NCBI RefSeq assembly: GCF_018977255.1
Contig: NW_024704750.1
Coordinates: 6,076,001 to 6,140,000 of the forward strand
DNA from: Callorhinchus milii
Taxonomy: Eukaryota
Reading direction: 5' to 3'
Length of the DNA: 64,000 nt
Shown piece by piece: positions 52,831 to 64,000 of the stretch. The notes beneath the pieces were generated by a model. The model was not told the DNA's origin and searched no databases. It was given only the letters and a program-made list of their open reading frames with translations. Numbering within the stretch: the stretch's first letter is position 1; the number at the start of each line of letters is the position of its first letter. The translations under genes and the position numbers were made by a program.

Positions 52831-53364
52831 GAGCCATCTACCCAAGTCCTGATATTGTAATTCCATGAACTCAACAAACAACTCCAAAGATATCAGGGTT
52901 CTTGTTCTCAAGACACACGCAGTAACATAGTCAATCTGAGCAAGTGAGCCATGTGTTGGAGCTGGTGAAGCAACTATTCTCCAGATACACCACTTTTGGC
53001 TCCCACTGCAAACATGAGCAGGGCAAATGACACAGGAATCCATTGATTGCAGATGAGCTGCAGCTACTGACATGCCAATTCTTCCAAATATGAGAACCCC
53101 AAACTATCTACCTTTCTCAGACTAACACCTACTTATTTATCCATCCTAATATAATTCTGCCTTAGCTAATTCTCAATGGGTAATTCCAACAAAATCCACA
53201 ACCTAGTTTTGAATCATGCAATATCACTTGTGGTATGCAAGTACACTGTACTTATACACATTGTAATGTTGCACAATTCAATAAAACATGTAATCTTCAC
53301 TGCAAGAAAGGGTGTCAGGAAGAAATATTGGGTTTCTGATAAAGTAAATAACTGCAACACCTAC

Positions 53365-53512
53365 CATTTCCTCTCCACACCTCAGCCAAATGGCAACCAG
53401 TCTCACCAGGTTCTTTGCAGAATTCAACAACATCTCGGCATGTCGTTTCTGGGGTTATGGGAACTTCTGTTAAACCCTGCTCATTGTTACTCAGGTAAAC
53501 AGTCAATATCAT
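53365..53512 (-). CDS. PPP1R13B: PPP1R13B exon 2 (148 nt): [49 protein letters not shown]
   Basis: ASPP1 N-terminus; ttgcag acceptor, gtaggt donor. The tiny first coding exon (MMP) was not found up to 64000. Confidence 0.97.
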
Positions 53513-53727
53513 CTGCAAAGGAACAGATAAGTCATTTTAAAATATTGCTTTTCTGTACATATATTGAATACTTTCTGTATGCATACACCGTTAGACAGAA
53601 GCTCCGCAACACATGATGCACAACAGAGAATAAGGCACAGCTCAGAAACAATCTTCATTGGTGTATTTCCTCAACATGGCCTACCCAGTCTCATCCTACT
53701 CTCTCGCTCAGTCTTCTTTACTCTAGG

Positions 53728-54120
53728 GTAATAATAGTCTTTGCATTTAATACAGTGCCTTTCATATCAGGAGGACATCTCAAAACACTTCACAGAATTT
53801 ACTGTAAAAATGTAGTGATACTATTTTGTAGGTGAATGTGGCAACCACTTTGCACACAGCAATATCCCTTAAACAAACATTAAGTGAATTACTAATTTTA
53901 TGTGGGAGACCTTCTCTGTAGTGGGATCTTTAACGTCCACCAGAGCAGGCAAATGGAACCTTGGTTTAGTGTTTCATGTGAAGGATGGCACCTCCAATAA
54001 TGCTGCGTTCCTCCAGTGTCAGCCGAGACTGAGTTCAATCTCCCAACATGGAGCTTGAATCCACAACCTTCTGACTCAGAGGTGAATGTGTTCCCAATTG
54101 AGCCAGACTGACACCCCACT
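53728..54120 (-). mobile_element. DeuSINE (SacSINE1/AmnSINE1-like) with a recognisable Deu domain
   Basis: tRNA head ggctcaattggg...cctctgagtcagaaggttgtggattcaagc; Deu core ggaggtgccatccttcacatgaaacactaaaccaagg...ggtggacgttaaagatccca; shared L2-type tail. Confidence 0.8.
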
Positions 54121-57100
54121 GAAAAACCCAGGCGTTTCTATTCGAAAAAGCACTCAATTTTTGCAAGATGAGGATATCAGCTAATTTTGCTGGAACATCC
54201 ACAGAGAACAGCTGCAAATTCTTATTTTAGGGGTTACTCTGACACTAATTATAGTACTTACTTGTAAGACAAGCCACAAAATCCTGTTTTCAAACTTATC
54301 ACATACATGATTACATCACTGTCTGAACAAAATTCAGTTTGTTCATACCCTCTTCCAGGAGTACTGGCAAATTAAAAAGGTACAAATAAGTTCTGTAAGC
54401 ACTTTTGGTCCTAATCTTATTCCGATCGCGACAAAGAATTTTGTATATTTAGATCTCATCTTTCTTCCTCAGGATCTGAGTAGATGCTTTGTTAAGGCAA
54501 TTTGCCCTCACATTGGAAAAATGACTGCAAGGACCATCACAAGGGACAGAATATTAAAGATGTCAAATGTGAGGTATCAGGTATTACTGTTGCCCACTGT
54601 CAAGTAAAAATGAGACTGCTTCTCATTCTCGTCAAAGTACAAGCTACAACCTCCTGCTGAAAGATGAACCCATCTCCTATTTTTTCAAAATATATTCAAC
54701 CAGTACAATAAAATATTAACCAGTTTAAAAGCCTTAACAAGGCAAATTGCCCTCACATCAGAAAAAATACTTGACCTTATGCATCAATTCCCTCAGCTGG
54801 CCAATACTGAATTGAATAAACCTCAATCGCAACCACTAACTTTCCAAAGCCAGGTGTTAGAAAAGGAAGCAAAGTAAAATGTGTCAGCATTCTGTAACTT
54901 CCTATCTGTTTTGTGAGACAAGTTGTGGTTTACCATTTTACTTCAACACCTGAACATCAGTCCCAGCTCACTAAATTAAAATTGTAAAGAAATGTTTACT
55001 TGAATTTCAACTTCCAGGTGCTGCAGAATCTGCAAGCTGCCGTGAGTCAGACTTAAAAGTTACTCATTCACCATCAAGTGAAAAAAACAGTGTAAATGTT
55101 CTGGTTTCCAATCCATACCTTTCAAACAGTTACTTTAAAAAGACTACTGTCAGATTATTTTAATTAAACTCCATTGCAACAAATCCCAAACATCTCAACA
55201 GGAATAACTGACTAGTGCAAAAAGTTCTAATGTCACTCATTTTCTTCAATTATAGAATTATATTCAATTATAGAATTATATTCAATTATGTTCCAATTAT
55301 AGCACTATAGAATATAAATATTTTATCCTTTACGCTGAAACTTTAATCTTCAATAGTTTCTTAAAGCAAAATATATACAGTATTCATCAATATGAAATTA
55401 GCAATTTGCTTATCTGAATATAGTTTTAACTTTAACCATCTTGAAACTGGCTATTTTAAACATACAGGGCATATTTTGTCAATGTACAAACTGAAGTTCT
55501 ACACATATTACCATTTTTAATCTAGAGCTATCAAATTTTGGAATCATACATTAGGTCTCAATGGAACACAGACAGAAAACCTTTTGCAATTTAATGAAAG
55601 GGTCAAAAGGGAAACACCGTGCACAAGTGAACTGTAAATCTGTGGTAATCGATTCCAAGAAGCAGGTCCACAATGTGATAGAGCTCCAGCAAATTAGATT
55701 AAGTGAATCTGAAGTAACCTTAATTATATAAATAAGCTCTTAACATCTTTGTACCGTACTAATTAGACAGTAGTAATGCATGGTCCTCATCTGTGGCTTT
55801 GGTAAAATCCTTGTTCAGTATAGAATTTAAGACTGAAATCTAGACCAGACTCATTAAATTCTCAACTACTTGAAGACATTAATTTGCTTTTTTCTTGCTC
55901 TTAAAAACATACAAGCTACATTCTCCATACTCAATAAAAAGCAGCCCACTTTACAAACACTGAAACACTAACTGATGTTAATTTGGTGACAAACTGCCAT
56001 TTTACAAAGACAAGATCTTTCTTTCCAGCTGACATTTAAAGTCATCCAAAAGCACGGTTAAATGGAAAATGTCTCTAGGTGATCAGCATTTTCTGTCCAT
56101 ACAAATTACATTAATTCACAATATGTATGCCAGACCAGTTATACTCTACCTTCCCATGGGTGAAGTTCCCTTTATTCTTGACATTATGTTTGTTTCCAAG
56201 TTTCTTGTGCAGCCAATTCTCTTTTGACTTTGTTAATCTCTGCAACACCAATTCAGCAAAACCTCTCACGTGCTTTGTATGAATCATTACATTTATAAAA
56301 AGTGGGGATAAAAATACAAGCTACAAAAATATGAAGTTAACTGGAACGGAGTTCTTATGAAATCACAGGCTTTTTCTGTTTAATAAGCTGAGCTGTAATC
56401 AGTTCCACTGCATAGGCAGACGTCACTGAGGCCATGACAGGAGAATAAGCAGGCGTACTAATGCATTTAGCACTGATAAGATGGGTCCTAATGAAACAAG
56501 ACAGGGCTTACAAACAACATAAACTGACAGCAAAGCGATATAATACACCAAGCTCAACCTAACTTGATCTACTTTCTGTTGAGAAGGAAGTTCCAGGCAT
56601 CAATTCACTTATTTTGTTTCAGGCAAATTGCCACATACTTAATTGCTGTATAATGAGAAAGGCTAACGTTAAGTATGTTGACCCAAATGTTGTCTCAGTG
56701 CTCTACCCAGCTGTAATACTGTCACTCCCTCATTTTGGTTAAAAATTAGATTTTTTTAAATGCATCACTAAAAAATAAAGAGTTTGATATCTTTAAAAGT
56801 GTTTTTGCAATCTGCAAAAATTGTTGCTGATTTGAAGGTCACTTCTATCATTTCCCTGATATTGCAAAACGATCAACAATGTTTCAAAAATAATAACTTC
56901 AGTTCTCAAACTATTACATTTAAAGGGGAAAAGCAATTACAAACAATATTTGAAAAGGGCCAAAAACTGGTAGGTTTCTCCTGGGCTGGAGAACTTCTCT
57001 CGTAACACAATCTGAAGGCCACTATATACTGAATTCTGGAGACTATAATGCTAGAAATGAGATACAAGCACCTAAAAGAAAATATTTTTTAAAATGAAGG

Positions 57101-59614
57101 CTTGCTGGACATTGACTTGTATACAAAGCATAAAATGGGTGTTTCCAGAGGCATGCATAATATTTACTTGGGGATTAATCAGGACAGTTATTATGGGCTG
57201 AAAAAGCACGAAACTTGAGCTGCACCCAGTCACGTCAATTCAAAACTGCCCTGATAATTGTTCTAACTATGTGATGATAAACTGTAGTCCTTATAAATTT
57301 TGAATTGCAGGCGTAATGTTGAGTCACAAGATTACCATCCATTAGTCATCAAAGTTTGATCAACAGTGAAAATACACTATCCTCCTACACATCAACCCAG
57401 CAAATGGGCGAAGGGCAGACCAAAAATGTCCAAAACAAATAAATTGACCAGAACAGAGATGAGCTATTTGTTCTATGAATGTGCTTAGTTTATAACATCA
57501 TGGTAGCTCCAATTGCAGTCCTTTAACACTGTAATTTCTCAACTATCTCTCTCTCTCTTGAAAACACCTAATTTAATTCTACATCTATGGTCTTCTACAG
57601 CAGTTCATTCCACATTCTCACAAACCTTTGATTAAAAGATTTTCTGGATTAATTTTTAATTGGTTTAGATGTAAAGGTTTCTAGCCAATCAAAGGCTCAT
57701 TGTATCCTGACTATGATTGGCCAATTCTAGATTTGTAAACATTAATCCAGTCTAAAATGCCAACACATACATTTGTTGGTAGCCATGCAAGTAAAACCTT
57801 GACAAGTAAACTCACCAGCAGTGCTTGGAGAGTTAAAACTAGGTACATGTTTTAGCAGATACAACTCTTTCAGGATTTAAGTATAGTTTGACCACAAGAG
57901 AAGTATCCATTATCTGATTTGTACCATTTTACTCATCACTGTGTCTGGGGTTCAAGTGCTAACCTGCCACCAATATTAGTCAAAGATGTTAACCACATAA
58001 ATGTTATATTTACTCTAGCTTTTATTGCAAATGAATGAATTGGCCCAGAAATGTTGCCCATATTAGTTCAATTGCCTCCCATTTCTGTAAAACTATTTTC
58101 CCAGGTAGGAGTAAATAATTGAATGTTGAGTTCACTTTGATTTCTTGACTTTCCAAAAACCTAAAACAGCCATGGAGGTTGCTTCTATCATTCCAAAAGT
58201 AATGCATTATGTATTGAGGTCACATACAGATTAGTATACCCAAAATAGGCATAGCTGCACACTGCATCTAAATCACTCTGGAAGGAATTCAAAAATAGCC
58301 CTCCAAAATAGAGCTTTTCTTTGAACACGACCAGAACAAAAGCGTCAGTTTTTTCACACCTTCAGCATATTCTGAAGATACAAGCCTCCATCCAATGTTG
58401 TTAAACAAAATGTATGTCACATAACTAAAATATTAAGTCAGTCTTTTCAAATATGATATTCAGAGTCAAGTATCATATCATGTTTAATAATATATTCTTA
58501 TTCAAGTCACTCGTAAAAACTGCACCGTCTCTGCTACCCCATTTAACAAGATTCCTTAAATTATTCCCAACTTGTACCCAGCCTGTTTTACTCTTTCATA
58601 GACAACATTACTGTTGAATATTTCTACAGTAACAGCAAATTTGCAAAGTTTCCAACCACAACTCCATATTACAGTTCAACCAGTGTAAACGACAGTACAC
58701 GTCCAACTTAAAACACACAGAATTAGCAATACAGTACCAAGCTACACAATTGTTGAATGCAGTTGAGTAAAGCTGAAAAACATTTTCCTTAATGTTCTTT
58801 TCTGGCACGTTTGTAAGGTACTTCACAAAAACAAGGATCATAAGGCTTCTACTTATACCAACAAAAATCAGTTCCTAATTAACAAGTGGATACATTTGTG
58901 ACACTAAGACAATAATAAATATTAAATGTAAATATTCATATTAAATAAGCTGTTCAACAAAGGCTAAATAGTAACTATGGGTATCCAGAAAGACCAATGT
59001 TTTCAAAACTTATTAGTGGAACACACCTGAAATGTTGTAAAAATGGCTGATTGATTGAAAACAAGATTTAAAGAGTGGAGTAGTGTGCTCCAGTATGTCC
59101 AATCATGAACAGAAAGCGAGATTCATTACTACGATTCTCCACGAGCCGAGTTAAGGTACAGAACTGTAGTATTGAGGGGGGCAAAGGTACAGTGCCAAGC
59201 ACAATTTGGACACATTTCAATATAAAGGAGGAACTGCATGAAATGGCAAGTTAGAACATTGTCTAATTCCCACTTGACCTACTGCTGAATACCTCTCTCT
59301 AATACCTACAAAAAGTGAAAGGATTGTGAATTTTGACTCCAGTTACTCCATATTTAGTGGCAGATCACTATGATTATATTGGCAATCCCCAACCAAAATG
59401 AACAGAATAATTGTGGATTCAGGCAGCACAAAATTTACGCCTGAGAAGTGAGATTATATACATGAATTATTTCTAGAAAGTCAATTCCTTTGCTCAAATA
59501 TACAAAACCACTACTGAACTTTGTGGTAACATTGGAGATGACCTCTATTTGTAATTCATACGAACAAAATATAGTAAGTTTCCCCCTATAAGGGAAATTC
59601 TAACATTAGTTTAA

Positions 59615-60375
59615 TCTCACCCTCACGCTGCTGAAACCCTGGTCCACGCCTGTCACCTCAAGGCTGGACTATGGGAACTCTCTCCTCGCCGGCCTTCCCG
59701 CCACCTCCCTCCACAAGCTGCAGGTCATTCAGAACTCTGCAGCTCGTGTACTGTCCCGCACCAGACACCGCGACCACATCACTCCCACCCTCGCTCGCCT
59801 CCACTGGCTCCCCATCCCCCAGAGGATTGATTTCAAGATCCTCATCCTCACCTATAAGGCCATCCACGGCCTTGCTCCCTCCTACCTCTCCGACCTACTA
59901 TCCCCCTACCTACCTGCCCATACCCTCCGTTCCTCCGGCCTGCTCCACGTCCCCCGTCCCAACCGCCCTACCATCGGTGGTCGGGCCTTCAGCCTCTCAG
60001 CCCCCAGGCTCTGGAACTCCATAGCCCAGTGCCTTCACCTTGCTTCCTCCCTCTCCTCCTTCAAGGCCGGTCTCAAAACCTTTCTCTTTGACCGAGCCTT
60101 CAGCTCCCCTCTCGACTCTCTTCCCCCTCCTCGCTCCCTCCCCTCCCCTCACCCTGACCATTTCCCCCCTCCTCGCTCCCTCCCTTCCCTCCCCTCACCC
60201 TGACCATTTCCCCCCTCCTCGCTCCCCCTCCCTCCCCTCACCCTGTCCATTCCCCTCCTCCCCTCACCCTGACCATTTCCCCCCTGCTCGGATCCTGACC
60301 CAACTGTGCAGTGCCTTGGGACGTCCTCCTGACGTGAAAGGCACTTTATAAATGGAATCTTGTTGTTGCTGTTGT
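59615..60375 (+). mobile_element. L2-clade LINE 3' fragment with an internally expanded pyrimidine-rich 3' UTR repeat
   Basis: [44 protein letters not shown]; tail gggacgtcctcctgacgtgaaagg and (TTG)n; cccctcaccctgaccatttcccc repeated ~4 times at 60140-60285. Confidence 0.92.
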
Positions 60376-61289
60376 AATCTCAGAGAGGTCATAAGAACTG
60401 TGGCTGTGGAATAATTCACACTGGAAGCAGTTGGGAGTTTGTTTTAAAGCAATTTAGGCTTCAACACAGGAAATATTCTGTGTCTGTTACATTCTATTGG
60501 AATAATTCATACTGAATGCAGTGGAGAAGAGGTTTTGTTCTAAGAAGGGTTAGTCTTGAAAACAGGAAATATTTTGTGTCTGCTTCAAGTTATATTCTCA
60601 GTGTTGTTCAATAGAAATCACTGACTAGCCGTAGGTGTGGCTATGGAAAAAACATTTTAAGCCACATGCACTCATTTTAATAGAAAACACCTTACATTCA
60701 CACATTACAGGTAAATGTACTTCATGTTTATATGTATGTTTATTTGAAACATCCACAATCATTCAGTGCAAAACTTTGCAGTCTTCATTATTTTTCTCTT
60801 GCGAGACGTGCCTGACCCACCCCACTCTCCATTCAGACCGCTGTTGGATGTTGCTTGGCCTTTTTCATCATGCGTCCTGGCTGGGCTTGCTTTCGTCTGC
60901 AGCTTGGAGCAGTTATTCCGATTCATTGAGCTGACCACGATTGACAGTTCCTTTCTCCATCCAATATTGCTGGTGTTTCCATGGTGCTGAAATCCAGCAT
61001 TCTCACATGTTTTATGTACCATTTTAGCAATAAACAGTAACCAAGGAAGTAAAGCACATACTCGCACAGTTTTTCACCTTACCATTTTACCAATAACCGC
61101 ACAAAAAGGTCAAAGTACACAATCATAAGCAGTGCAAATAGGAGTATTGAGATCAAAGATGGTGTCTACTACGTTTTTAATTTACTAATCAAGAATGCAA
61201 TTTCTCCACATCTGGATTTCCAATTCACCACAAGTGACAACACTTCTATATGCAACCTAAGGGTGCTTAGGTACTAGGTGACGAAAGTG

Positions 61290-62570
61290 ACAACAACAAG
61301 ATTACATTTGTATAGCCCTTTCATGTCGGGAGGACGTCCCAAGCTGCTGGACGGTGTACAGCATTCAGACCCGAGCTGGGGTCAGGGGGGGGGTGGGGGA
61401 GGAGGGAGGGGAGGGGAAGGTGGGTGGCCGATGGCATGGTCAAAGAGGAGGGTCTTGAGGCGGGACTTGAAGGAGGCCAAGGAGGGGGCTAGGCGGAGTG
61501 ATTGGGGGATGGAATCCCAGAGGTTGGGGGCAGAGTGGCTGAAGGGTTCGGGGGACGTGGAGCAGGCCGGAGCTGGCTGAGCGGAGGAAGCGGGCAGGTT
61601 GGTAGGGGGTTAGGAGGTCACAGAGGTAGGATGGGGTGAGGCCATGGAGCGCTTTGTAGGTGAGGACCAGGATCTTGAACTGGATCCTCTGAAGGATAGG
61701 GAGCCAATGCAGTCGGGCGAGAATGGGGGAGATGGGGTCACGGAGTTTGGTGCAGGAGAGGACACGAACTGCAGAATTCTGGATTATCTGCAGCTTGTGG
61801 AGGGAGAAGTTGGGAAGGCCGACAAGCAGGGCGTTTGCATAGTCGAGCCTGGAGGTGACGAAGGCATGAACAAGAGTTCCAGCAGCCTGAGGGGTGAGGT
61901 AGTGGTGGAGTCGGGCGATGTTACAGAGGTGAGACAAGGCAGAGAGGGTCATGGATTGGATGTGGGGAAGAAAAGCCAGTTGAGTGTCGAACAAGACACC
62001 TAGGTTCCTGACTGGTTTGGTGACTTGAAGCGTGCAACCATGGAGGTAGATGCTGCCAGAGCCTGAGGTACAGAGGTGCTGGAGTGAGCCAATCAGGAGG
62101 GCCTCAGTCTTGTTCACATTCAACTGTAGGAAATTTGCCCTCATCCAGGACTCGATGTCTGACAGGCAGTCTGTCAGGACAGCAGTGGTCCTGAGGTTGA
62201 GGGTGGAGGCAGAAAGATAGAGTTGGGTGTCATCCGCATACGGATATGGAAGTTGACCCCATATCTGCGGATGATGTCACCAAGGGGGAGCATGTAGATT
62301 TTAAAGAGGAGAGGGCCAAGGACAGAGCCCTGGGGCACACCAGACGTGACAGTGCGAGAGCTGGAGGAGAAACCGTGGATGCAACAAAGTGGAGACGGTG
62401 AGAGAGATAGGAATCGAATCAGGCAAGGGCAGGTCCGCAAAGATTAAGTAAAGAGGAGAGGCGATGTATGAGGATGGAGCGGTCGAACGCGGCAGAGAGG
62501 TCGAGGAGGACAAGAAGGCAAAGGAAGCCCTGATCGCAGATGTTCAGAATGTCATTAGTGACTTTGACAA
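61290..62570 (-). mobile_element. L2-clade LINE fragment including the reverse transcriptase core (frameshifted)
   Basis: [32 protein letters not shown], a frameshift, then YADDTQL; WMRANFLQLNVNKTE; SRLDYANALL; LHWLP; 3' stem-loop tail. Confidence 0.95.
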
Positions 62571-63764
62571 CGTATTTCTTTATCATTATCATTTCTCACC
62601 CTGAACAAAAATATATTTTCCTGAGTGCTACATATCAGCAAATCATAAACACCATGGGAAAAATTCACAAAAATCAAAATACCTTCACATCACCTATGCA
62701 GATAGATTTGAACCTGAGCTAACGTACAATAAGCAAATTTAACAACCAAAACGGTGACTCATCCAGCAAGTACTTCGAATAAAAGTAATTATCCAAATTT
62801 AGTCTATGGTGGATTTAGTTTTTAATTTGTACTTTCACAAGTCTTCTACAGAGCCTTTAAACCAACAGCTGCTTCAGGGAACTTAAGAGTGCAAATATAT
62901 GATGAGATCTGCCAAAGTAAATTCTCCATGGTCACGGTTCAGTACCTGCTGCTATCACTCAATGTGCTTGCTCAACATTGCAAAATCTTCAGAAAATGAA
63001 AACCCTCCATCTGATAATTATTCCAACATACCTGTAGCACAGTGGGGCTGGTACATTTTGAACATTGATGCAAAAATCTTAAAGTTCTCAAAGGCATAAT
63101 TTCCAAGTCTAGCTATGGCCTTTAGTTTACCCTAATATAGAAAGTGTTTTAAGAACATTAGTTGTGATTGAGATTAATTTAATTAAAGCTGCATCAACAT
63201 CCCCAAGTAATGAAGCATCTCAATTCAATCTACAATAGCTGTTGAAAAGATGTTTGGCAGTTTATGAAGGTTAGTGAATTATCATTCACCTGATGCTAAG
63301 TGGCTCAAGACAATCTCCAAGTCTCACAACAAATGGGCTTTGCAGAGTGCAGTATAACAAGCAGCATGGGGTAGTGTCTCGGAGCGCTTAGCATAACTAA
63401 TTACAAGAGATACAAAGAAAATATTTTAACTGTGAAACATTTAAAAAAAAGTTTTTGAGGAGATTGTTGTTTTCAAACATAGTAGGACTACTGGTTCTTT
63501 ACTGAAGTTAAAAATTAACCAGCTTAAATTTGCTATTGGGGCCCTACTTTAGTTTCACAACATCTTGTAAAATCTAAACTGCATTCTACCCTACGGCTTC
63601 TACTGAACGTTAATGCTGGAGTTTTCTGTATCAACCACTTCTGAATTTTTTTTAAGATTACTTTTCCAGGTCAGTACTTCAAACTTAAATAGGCAACTCA
63701 GCAACCAGAACAAAGATTACTCGTTTGATTAGCAGGGTTACACAACATTTAAATCGGTCAGTTC

Positions 63765-63811
63765 CATTTAGATGGAACTAGAGCTTTCATTTAGATGGAA
63801 CTAGAGCTTTC
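63765..63811 (+). repeat. Tandem duplication of catttagatggaactagagcttt (2 copies)
   Basis: Read directly. Similar local duplications at 4286-4343 (29 bp x2) and 55245-55290 (18 bp x2.5). Confidence 0.85.
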
Positions 63812-64000
63812 CACCTGAGTTGACTGAACAGCAGTTGCAGCAGAGAAATCTGCAGCTCTGACTCCTCTATTTTCCAAACCAATGTCTGCAAGTCGCTCAA
63901 GTGGCAAGCCCAAGATATTTACAAATTAAAATTCTTAGAAAGCTAAATTATGTTTAAAAAGATTGTGAAGAGTTTTATATATGTGCATCTAATAATTTTA

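Noticed and set aside
57644-57750. Weak inverted repeat (ctggattaat...attaatccag; gccaatca...tgattggc)
   Set aside because: Only short 8-10 bp matches. It may be a decayed MITE but cannot be supported.
61440-62513. 234-aa and neighbouring ORFs as an active or domesticated reverse transcriptase
   Set aside because: It is a 5'-truncated L2 with a frameshift next to the YADD motif and no endonuclease domain.
53513-64000. PPP1R13B first exon and promoter
   Set aside because: No non-repeat CpG island or ATGATGCCG|gt exon was found. It is presumably beyond the window end.

Overview
AT-rich vertebrate genomic DNA, most likely from a cartilaginous fish given the DeuSINE/L2 repeat content (inference). 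It holds a gene block syntenic with human 14q32.3. XRCC3 (minus strand, 7 coding exons, 9801->5183) sits head-to-head with ZFYVE21 (plus strand, 7 coding exons plus a 54-nt cassette, 10273->22663) across a 471-bp CpG-rich bidirectional promoter. PPP1R13B/ASPP1 follows tail-to-tail on the minus strand: 16 coding exons from 53512 to 25743, plus a candidate 150-nt cassette; its first exon was not found in the window. Positions 1-1300 may be the 3' UTR of an upstream plus-strand gene (KLC1 by synteny). All exons were traced by hand via GT-AG sites and reading phase. Main oddities: (1) XRCC3 coding exon 5 is one base short, giving a frameshift that is either an assembly error or a real truncation; (2) a ~1.8 kb G-free, C-rich minisatellite next to the shared promoter; (3) a 252-bp foldback with 121-bp arms and a 48-bp spacerless palindrome in ASPP1 intron 4; (4) frame-preserving cassette exons in ASPP1 and ZFYVE21; (5) facing poly(A) signals 30 bp apart; (6) a SINE/L2 family pair sharing a 3' stem-loop. 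I see no convincing evidence of a wholly new biological system. The long Pro-rich ORFs in the ORF track are repeat artefacts.
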